DNA of 11,313 nt from a virus (taxonomy: Duplodnaviria > Heunggongvirae > Uroviricota > Caudoviricetes): IMG/VR virus record IMGVR_UViG_2703718815_000011, positions 1 through 11,313 of that record; one strand, 5' to 3'. Of this stretch, positions 5,478-11,313 are shown one piece after another (the first letter of the stretch is position 1; every line of letters begins with the position of its first letter). The notes under the pieces were generated by a model, which searched no databases, was not told the DNA's origin, and saw only the letters and a list, made by a program, of their open reading frames with translations. Both the position numbers and the translations under genes were made by a program.

Positions 5478-5753
5478 ATGATTACCAATTATGAAGCCAC
5501 TGTTGTAACTACCGATGACATTGTTCACGAGGTTAATCTGGAAGGAAAGCGTATTGGCTACGTGATTAAAACAGAAAATAAAGAAACCCCATTCACTGTG
5601 GTTGATATCGACGGTCCATCAGGCAACGTAAAAACACTTGATGAAGGTGTCACAAAAATGTGCCTGGTTCACATCGGAAAGAATCTGCCCGCAGAAAAAA
5701 AAGCCGGATTTCTGGCAACTCTGATTGCAATGAAATTAAACGGTGAAATCTGA
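5478..5753 (+). CDS. racC: RacC-like protein, 91 aa, function unknown
   Basis: AAGGAG SD 8 nt upstream of the ATG at 5478. Sequence MITNYEATVVTTDDIVHEVNLEGKRIGYVIK... matches my recollection of Rac RacC. Immediately upstream of recE. Confidence 0.8.
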   Translation: MITNYEATVVTTDDIVHEVNLEGKRIGYVIKTENKETPFTVVDIDGPSGNVKTLDEGVTKMCLVHIGKNLPAEKKAGFLATLIAMKLNGEI

Positions 5754-5758
5754 AAGAA

Positions 5759-5783
5759 ATAGCCTGCGTATGGCGCAGGCTAT
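5759..5783 (+). other. GC-rich hairpin (10-bp stem ATAGCCTGCG / CGCAGGCTAT, 5-nt loop) in the racC-recE intergenic space, with no following U-tract
   Basis: Inverted repeat read directly from sequence. The lack of a T-run argues against an intrinsic terminator and for an RNA stability or processing element. Confidence 0.45.
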
Positions 5784-5854
5784 GAACAGTGTGTATCCGG
5801 CAAGATCATTCACTGAACAAAACGAATTTTAATCTGAGTTGAGGTTAAAAAACA

Positions 5855-8527
5855 ATGAGCACAAAACCACTCTTCCTGTTACGGAAAGCGAAAAAATCAT
5901 CCGGTGAACCTGACGTCGTCCTGTGGGCAAGCGACGATTTTGAATCGACCTGTGCCACTCTGGACTACCTGCTCGTTAAGTCAGGTAAAAAACTGAGCAG
6001 CTATTTTAAACCTGTTGCCACGAATTTTCCTGTCGTTAATGACCTTCCCCCTGAAGGTGAGATCGATTTTACCTGGAGTGAACGCTATCAACTCAGCAAA
6101 GACTCCATGACCTGGGAACTAAAACCGGGAGCAGCGCCAGACGACGTTCACCATCAGGAGAATGCACCGGAAACCGAAGAACCGGCGGGAGGCCAGGAAG
6201 AAAACACACGGGCAGACGCTCACGGGGATTGCCAGGATTGCGAAGTATCTGTATCTACTTTGCGGTTCACACAGCGTCTTCTGCACATTTTTACCTATGC
6301 GGCCGGGGATCGGAAATACCTGCATCATGCCACCCGAGAACAACGCGAACACATTACTGCTCTTGAGATGGATCAGGAAAACAGCTATGTCCAGAATCTG
6401 CTGTTGGCCATACGCGGCATGGCAGAACCGACAACTCTGGATAATGCCGCCCTGCTCCGCCTGACTGATGCAATTAAGGCAGTTTTCTCTATCACGAAAA
6501 AACATCAGCCCTATGAATTTAAGAATTTCATTTCAGCCTGGCTGGATACCGAACACATTGATCGCGGTCTTCTGACAAAAGAATGGCGAAGTGGGAATCG
6601 TGTTTCACGCATCACTCGCACGGCTTCCGGTGCTAATGCTGGCGGCGGGAACCTCACCGATCGCGGCGAAGGTTTCGTCCACGATCTGACGTCACTGGCG
6701 CGCGATGTAGCCACTGGCGTACTGGCCCGTTCAATGGACGTGGACATCTATAACCTTCATCCGGCACACGCTAAACGCATTGAGGAAATTATCGCTGAAA
6801 ATAAACCGCCCTTTTCTGTTTTCCGCGACAAATTCATCACCATGCCTGGCGGGCTGGATTATTCACGCGCCATCGTGGTTGCGTCCGTGAAAGAAGCACC
6901 AATTGGGATCGAGGTCATCCCCGCGCACGTCACTGAATATCTGAACAAAGTACTGACTGAAACCGATCATGCCAACCCTGATCCGGAAATCGTGGATATT
7001 GCCTGCGGTCGCTCCTCTGCCCCGATGCCGCAGCGTGTAACAGAAGAAGGAAAACAGGATGATGAAGAAAAACCGCAACCATCTGAAACAACGGCAGATG
7101 AACAGGGAGAGGCTGAAACAATGGAACCGGACGCAACTGAACATCATCAGGACACGCAGCCGCTGGATGCTCAGTCACAGGTAAATTCTGTTGATGCGAA
7201 ATATCAGGAACTGCGGGCAGAACTCCATGAAGCCCGGAAAAACATTCCATCAAAAAATCCTGTCGATGCCGATAAATTACTTGCTGCATCACGTGGTGAA
7301 TTTGTTGACGGAATTAGCGACCCGAACGATCCGAAATGGGTTAAGGGGATCCAGACTCGCGATTCTGTGTACCAGAACCAGCCAGAAACGGAACAAAACA
7401 CGCCAGAAACGGAAAAAACCAGCCCGGATGTGAAACAACCTGAGCCAGTAGTGCAACAGGAACCGGAAATAGTCTGCAATGCCTGCGGTCAGACTGGCGG
7501 GGATAACTGCCCTGACTGTGGTGCGGTGATGGGCGACGCAACATACCAGGAAACATTCGGTGAAGAGAATCAGGTTGAAGCTAAGGAAAATGATCCGGAG
7601 GAAATGGAAGGCGCTGAACATCCGCACAATGAGAATGCTGGCAGCGATCCGCATCGCGATTGCAGTGATGAAACTGGCGAAGTCGCAGATCCCGTAATCG
7701 TAGAAGACATAGAGCCAGGTATTTATTACGGAATTTCGAATGAGAATTACCACGCGGGTCCCGGTGTCAGTAAGTCTCAGCTCGACGACATTGCTGATAC
7801 TCCGGCACTGTATTTGTGGCGTAAAAATGCCCCCGTGGACACCACAAAGACAAAAACGCTCGATTTAGGAACCGCTTTCCACTGCCGGGTACTTGAACCG
7901 GAAGAATTCAGTAACCGCTTTATCGTAGCACCTGAATTTAACCGCCGTACAAACGCCGGAAAAGAAGAAGAGAAAGCGTTTCTGATGGAATGCGCAAGCA
8001 CAGGAAAAACGGTTATCACTGCGGAAGAAGGCCGGAAAATTGAACTCATGTATCAAAGCGTTATGGCTTTGCCGCTGGGGCAATGGCTTGTTGAAAGCGC
8101 CGGACACGCTGAATCATCAATTTACTGGGAAGATCCTGAAACAGGAATTTTGTGTCGGTGCCGTCCGGACAAAATTATCCCTGAATTTCACTGGATCATG
8201 GACGTGAAAACTACGGCAGATATTCAACGATTCAAAACCGCTTATTACGACTACCGCTATCACGTTCAGGATGCATTCTACAGTGACGGTTATGAAGCAC
8301 AGTTTGGAGTGCAGCCAACTTTCGTTTTTCTGGTTGCCAGCACAACTATTGAATGCGGACGTTATCCGGTTGAAATTTTCATGATGGGCGAAGAAGCAAA
8401 ACTGGCAGGTCAGCTGGAATATCACCGCAATCTGCGAACCCTGGCTGACTGCCTCAATACCGATGAATGGCCAGCTATTAAGACGTTATCACTGCCCCGC
8501 TGGGCTAAGGAATATGCAAATGACTAA
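5855..8527 (+). CDS. recE: Exodeoxyribonuclease VIII (RecE), 890 aa, with C-terminal PD-(D/E)xK exonuclease domain
   Basis: N-terminus [26 protein letters not shown]... and the C-terminal ~300 aa (...[24 protein letters not shown]...[36 protein letters not shown]...) match RecE as I recall it. Its stop overlaps the recT start, as in Rac. Confidence 0.95.
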   Translation: MSTKPLFLLRKAKKSSGEPDVVLWASDDFESTCATLDYLLVKSGKKLSSYFKPVATNFPVVNDLPPEGEIDFTWSERYQLSKDSMTWELKPGAAPDDVHHQENAPETEEPAGGQEENTRADAHGDCQDCEVSVSTLRFTQRLLHIFTYAAGDRKYLHHATREQREHITALEMDQENSYVQNLLLAIRGMAEPTTLDNAALLRLTDAIKAVFSITKKHQPYEFKNFISAWLDTEHIDRGLLTKEWRSGNRVSRITRTASGANAGGGNLTDRGEGFVHDLTSLARDVATGVLARSMDVDIYNLHPAHAKRIEEIIAENKPPFSVFRDKFITMPGGLDYSRAIVVASVKEAPIGIEVIPAHVTEYLNKVLTETDHANPDPEIVDIACGRSSAPMPQRVTEEGKQDDEEKPQPSETTADEQGEAETMEPDATEHHQDTQPLDAQSQVNSVDAKYQELRAELHEARKNIPSKNPVDADKLLAASRGEFVDGISDPNDPKWVKGIQTRDSVYQNQPETEQNTPETEKTSPDVKQPEPVVQQEPEIVCNACGQTGGDNCPDCGAVMGDATYQETFGEENQVEAKENDPEEMEGAEHPHNENAGSDPHRDCSDETGEVADPVIVEDIEPGIYYGISNENYHAGPGVSKSQLDDIADTPALYLWRKNAPVDTTKTKTLDLGTAFHCRVLEPEEFSNRFIVAPEFNRRTNAGKEEEKAFLMECASTGKTVITAEEGRKIELMYQSVMALPLGQWLVESAGHAESSIYWEDPETGILCRCRPDKIIPEFHWIMDVKTTADIQRFKTAYYDYRYHVQDAFYSDGYEAQFGVQPTFVFLVASTTIECGRYPVEIFMMGEEAKLAGQLEYHRNLRTLADCLNTDEWPAIKTLSLPRWAKEYAND

Positions 8528-9329
8528 GCAACCACCAATCGCAAAAGCCGATCTGCAAAAAACTCAGGGAAACCGTGCACCAGCAGCAATTAAAAATAAC
8601 GACGTGATTAGTTTTATTAACCAGCCATCAATGAAAGAGCAACTGGCAGCAGCTCTTCCACGCCATATGACGGCTGAACGTATGATCCGTATCGCCACCA
8701 CAGAAATTCGTAAAGTTCCGGCGTTAGGAAACTGTGACACTATGAGTTTTGTCAGTGCAATCGTACAGTGTTCACAGCTCGGACTTGAGCCAGGTAGCGC
8801 CCTCGGTCATGCATATTTACTGCCTTTTGGTAATAAAAACGAAAAGAGCGGTAAAAAAAACGTTCAGCTAATCATTGGCTATCGCGGCATGATTGATCTG
8901 GCTCGCCGTTCAGGTCAAATCGCCAGCCTGTCAGCCCGTGTTGTCCGTGAAGGTGACGAGTTTAATTTCGAATTTGGCCTTGATGAAAAGTTAATACACC
9001 GCCCAGGAGAAAACGAAGATGCCCCGGTTACCCACGTCTATGCTGTCGCAAGACTGAAAGACGGAGGTACTCAGTTTGAAGTTATGACGCGCAAACAGAT
9101 TGAGCTGGTGCGCAGCCAGAGTAAAGCTGGTAATAACGGACCGTGGGTAACTCACTGGGAAGAAATGGCAAAGAAAACGGCTATTCGTCGCCTGTTCAAA
9201 TACCTGCCCGTATCAATTGAGATCCAGCGTGCAGTATCAATGGATGAAAAGGAACCACTGACAATCGATCCTGCAGATTCCTCTGTATTAACCGGGGAAT
9301 ACAGTGTAATCGATAATTCAGAGGAATAA
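8520..9329 (+). CDS. recT: Recombinase RecT (single-strand annealing protein), 269 aa
   Basis: [23 protein letters not shown]...; the ATG at 8520 overlaps the recE stop (ATGACTAA). AAGGA SD upstream. The track's longer 288-aa ORF starts at an upstream in-frame ATG inside recE. Confidence 0.95.
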   Translation: MTKQPPIAKADLQKTQGNRAPAAIKNNDVISFINQPSMKEQLAAALPRHMTAERMIRIATTEIRKVPALGNCDTMSFVSAIVQCSQLGLEPGSALGHAYLLPFGNKNEKSGKKNVQLIIGYRGMIDLARRSGQIASLSARVVREGDEFNFEFGLDEKLIHRPGENEDAPVTHVYAVARLKDGGTQFEVMTRKQIELVRSQSKAGNNGPWVTHWEEMAKKTAIRRLFKYLPVSIEIQRAVSMDEKEPLTIDPADSSVLTGEYSVIDNSEE

Positions 9330-9385
9330 TTCAGCCTGGCGGTGTAATGCACCGCCAACTTGAAATATTTTTTATGAGAAAAATT

Positions 9386-9580
9386 ATGAGATATGACAAT
9401 GTTAAACCATGTCCATTTTGTGGTTGTCCATCTGTTACGGTGAAAGCAATTTCAGGATATTACCGGGCAAAATGCAACGGATGCGAATCCCGAACCGGCT
9501 ATGGTGGAAGTGAAAAAGAAGCACTCGAACGATGGAATAAACGAACCACTGGAAATAATAATGGAGGTGTTCATGTATAA
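9386..9580 (+). CDS. ralR: RalR (restriction alleviation protein; reported DNase toxin of a type I toxin-antitoxin pair with the sRNA RalA), 64 aa
   Basis: MRYDNVKPCPFCGCPSVTVKAISGYYRAKCNGCESRTGYGGSEKEALERWNKRTTGNNNGGVHV, with Cys4 motif. Start chosen at 9386 to give the 64-aa product; in-frame ATGs also at 9374 and 9347. Confidence 0.85.
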   Translation: MRYDNVKPCPFCGCPSVTVKAISGYYRAKCNGCESRTGYGGSEKEALERWNKRTTGNNNGGVHV

Positions 9581-9761
9581 AATTACCGCCACTATTGAAA
9601 AGGAAGGTGGCACTCCTACTAACTGGACAAGGTACTCAAAAACAAAATTAACCAAATCAGAATGCGAAAAAATGCTCTCAGGTAAAAAAGAAGCTGGCGT
9701 TTCCAGAGAGCAGAAAGTAAAACTGATAAATTTTAATTGCGAGAAACTTCAGTCGTCGTGA
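9573..9761 (+). CDS. ydaC: YdaC-like small protein, 62 aa, function unknown
   Basis: MYKITATIEKEGGTPTNWTRYSKTKL... GGAGG SD 5 nt upstream of the ATG at 9573. Overlaps the ralR stop by 8 nt. Confidence 0.8.
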   Translation: MYKITATIEKEGGTPTNWTRYSKTKLTKSECEKMLSGKKEAGVSREQKVKLINFNCEKLQSS

Positions 9762-9793
9762 ATTGCATTGTATTCAAATTAAAACTTCATAGC

Positions 9794-9809
9794 TGATTAT
9801 TAATAATCA
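9794..9809. promoter_or_regulatory. Perfect 16-bp palindrome TGATTATTAATAATCA, 51 nt upstream of xis
   Basis: Self-complementarity verified by hand. It lies in the only intergenic gap between the recombination genes and xis-int, so it is a candidate regulator-binding site. No function demonstrated. Confidence 0.3.
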
Positions 9810-9860
9810 ACATCGGGCGTCAATTTCAGTCTAACATTGGCGCCTGCCAGAGGTGATGCG

Positions 9861-10076
9861 ATGGCACAAGTAATCTTTAATGAAGAGTGGATGGTTGAAT
9901 ACGGCCTGATGCTTCGCACTGGTCTGGGGGCCAGACAAATTGAAGCATACCGCCAGAACTGTTGGGTGGAAGGCTTCCACTTCAAACGAGTATCTCCTTT
10001 AGGGAAGCCAGACAGTAAGCGAGGGATTATCTGGTACAACTATCCAAAGATAAATCAGTTTATCAAAGACTCATGA
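9861..10076 (+). CDS. xisR: Excisionase (Xis family), 71 aa
   Basis: [80 protein letters not shown] upstream of the ATG at 9861. Stop is 1 nt before the int start. Confidence 0.85.
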   Translation: MAQVIFNEEWMVEYGLMLRTGLGARQIEAYRQNCWVEGFHFKRVSPLGKPDSKRGIIWYNYPKINQFIKDS

Positions 10077-10077
10077 T

Positions 10078-11313
10078 ATGTCTAAATTACCAACAGGTGT
10101 CGAGATTCGAGGTAAATACATTCGCATCTGGTTCATGTTTCGAGGAAAACGATGTCGGGAAACATTGAAAGGCTGGGAGGTTACTAACAGTAACATTAAA
10201 AAGGCCGGAAATTTAAGAGCGTTGATAGTTCATGAAATCAACTCCGGTGAATTTGAGTATTTAAGACGTTTTCCCCAGTCCAGTACTGGGGCAAAAATGG
10301 TGACAACGAGGGTCATAAAAACGTTCGGCGAGCTTTGTGATATCTGGACAAAAATTAAAGAAACAGAGTTAACAACAAACACAATGAAGAAAACGAAATC
10401 ACAATTAAAAACACTCAGGATAATAATTTGTGAGAGTACCCCGATATCACATATTCGTTATAGCGATATCTTAAACTACCGGAATGAACTGCTGCATGGA
10501 GAAACGCTTTACCTGGATAATCCAAGATCCAACAAAAAAGGAAGAACCGTGCGCACAGTTGATAACTATATTGCCCTGCTCTGTTCGTTGTTACGTTTTG
10601 CGTATCAGTCGGGATTTATATCAACCAAACCATTTGAAGGAGTAAAAAAATTACAGCGAAACAGAATAAAGCCTGACCCGTTATCTAAAACAGAATTCAA
10701 TGCATTAATGGAAAGTGAAAAAGGACAGAGCCAGAACTTGTGGAAATTTGCCGTTTACTCCGGGCTTCGTCACGGGGAACTGGCTGCTCTGGCGTGGGAG
10801 GATGTGGATTTCGAGAAGGGAATTGTGAATGTCAGAAGAAACCTGACGATACTTGATATGTTCGGTCCCCCAAAAACAAATGCGGGGATCCGGACGGTAA
10901 CACTACTACAGCCTGCTCTTGAAGCACTGAAGGAGCAATACAAACTGACCGGGCATCATCGCAAAAGCGAAATCACCTTTTATCATCGGGAGTACGGCAG
11001 AACCGAAAAGCAAAAACTGCATTTTGTTTTCATGCCCAGAGTGTGTAACGGAAAACAGAAACCTTATTACTCGGTAAGCAGTTTGGGTGCGAGATGGAAT
11101 GCAGCTGTAAAACGTGCTGGTATTCGCCGCCGTAATCCGTACCATACGCGACATACTTTTGCCTGCTGGCTGTTGACGGCAGGAGCGAACCCGGCATTTA
11201 TAGCCAGCCAGATGGGGCATGAAACTGCGCAGATGGTGTATGAAATTTACGGTATGTGGATTGATGACATGAACGACGAACAGGTAGCCATGTTGAATGC
11301 GCGGTTATCGTAG
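10078..11313 (+). CDS. intR: Tyrosine site-specific integrase (lambda Int family), 411 aa, Rac IntR-like
   Basis: N-terminus MSKLPTGVEIRGKYIRIWFMFRGKRCRETLKGW. Catalytic-domain motifs (...YSGLRHGELAALAWEDVDF..., ...HTRHTFACWLL..., ...MGHETAQMVYEIYGMW). Stop codon TAG is the last 3 bases of the window. Confidence 0.95.
   Translation: MSKLPTGVEIRGKYIRIWFMFRGKRCRETLKGWEVTNSNIKKAGNLRALIVHEINSGEFEYLRRFPQSSTGAKMVTTRVIKTFGELCDIWTKIKETELTTNTMKKTKSQLKTLRIIICESTPISHIRYSDILNYRNELLHGETLYLDNPRSNKKGRTVRTVDNYIALLCSLLRFAYQSGFISTKPFEGVKKLQRNRIKPDPLSKTEFNALMESEKGQSQNLWKFAVYSGLRHGELAALAWEDVDFEKGIVNVRRNLTILDMFGPPKTNAGIRTVTLLQPALEALKEQYKLTGHHRKSEITFYHREYGRTEKQKLHFVFMPRVCNGKQKPYYSVSSLGARWNAAVKRAGIRRRNPYHTRHTFACWLLTAGANPAFIASQMGHETAQMVYEIYGMWIDDMNDEQVAMLNARLS

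Noticed and set aside
6119-8425. Many ORFs on both strands inside recE (for example 6119-6505, 6863-7147, 7289-7753, 7865-8107, 8117-8425 on minus; 6162-6464, 7191-7433 on plus)
   Set aside because: All nested within the continuous 890-aa RecE frame, which is strongly supported by sequence recall; these are shadow ORFs.
8463-8519. Upstream extension of recT (288-aa version)
   Set aside because: The extension lies inside the recE coding sequence; RecT begins MTKQPP at the ATG overlapping the recE stop.
9152-9358. Minus-strand 68-aa ORF antisense to the recT 3' end
   Set aside because: No RBS; nested antisense in recT.
9501-9572. Longer ydaC start at 9501 or 9561
   Set aside because: 9501 is inside ralR in another frame; 9561 lacks an SD, and the GGAGG at 9563-9567 serves the ATG at 9573.
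9452-9655. Minus-strand hydrophobic 67-aa ORF antisense to ralR/ydaC, considered as a small membrane toxin
   Set aside because: In this system RalR itself is the toxin and the partner is reported to be a non-coding RNA; the ORF has no SD, and its hydrophobicity is expected from antisense reading of an AT-rich coding region. The region may still encode the antisense sRNA.
9800-10039. Minus-strand 79-aa ORF antisense to xis
   Set aside because: Nested antisense to a well-supported excisionase; no RBS.
10906-11220. Minus-strand 104-aa ORF inside the integrase gene
   Set aside because: Nested antisense in int; the integrase frame is continuous with clear catalytic motifs.
11290-11313. Search for attachment-site core or tRNA at the int-proximal end
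   Set aside because: The window ends at the integrase stop codon, so any att site or tRNA target lies outside the window and cannot be assessed.

Overview
This 11.3-kb window reads as the integrase-proximal arm of a Rac-type lambdoid (probably cryptic) prophage from an E. coli-like enterobacterium. Right half, + strand: a long early-left (pL-like) operon ending in recE-recT-ralR-ydaC-xis-int. The integrase stop codon is the last base of the window, so the att site lies just outside it. Centre: an immunity switch, with a + strand CI-like HTH repressor (racR-like, no S24 peptidase domain recognised) facing a - strand Cro-like gene (ydaS-like) across a ~100-bp promoter/operator region. Left half, - strand: ydaT-like, a DUF1376/YdaU-like replication initiator, a lambda P-like helicase loader, and a tandem winged-helix protein whose 3' end runs off the window start. 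Between the repressor and recE, where K-12 Rac (as I recall it) carries sieB/ydaF/ydaG, this element has a different set of small genes (3718-5273) and a perfect 22-bp inverted repeat. That segment is the most likely place for undescribed biology (anti-defence or exclusion cargo, or RNA-level regulation). All family assignments are from recall of protein sequences and motifs read by eye; no database search, RNA folding or statistics was run. CDS coordinates include the stop codon. The supplied ORF track translates some non-ATG starts as M (seen at 2902-2904, TTG), so starts were re-examined by hand. No tRNA, rRNA, CRISPR array or IS element was recognised.
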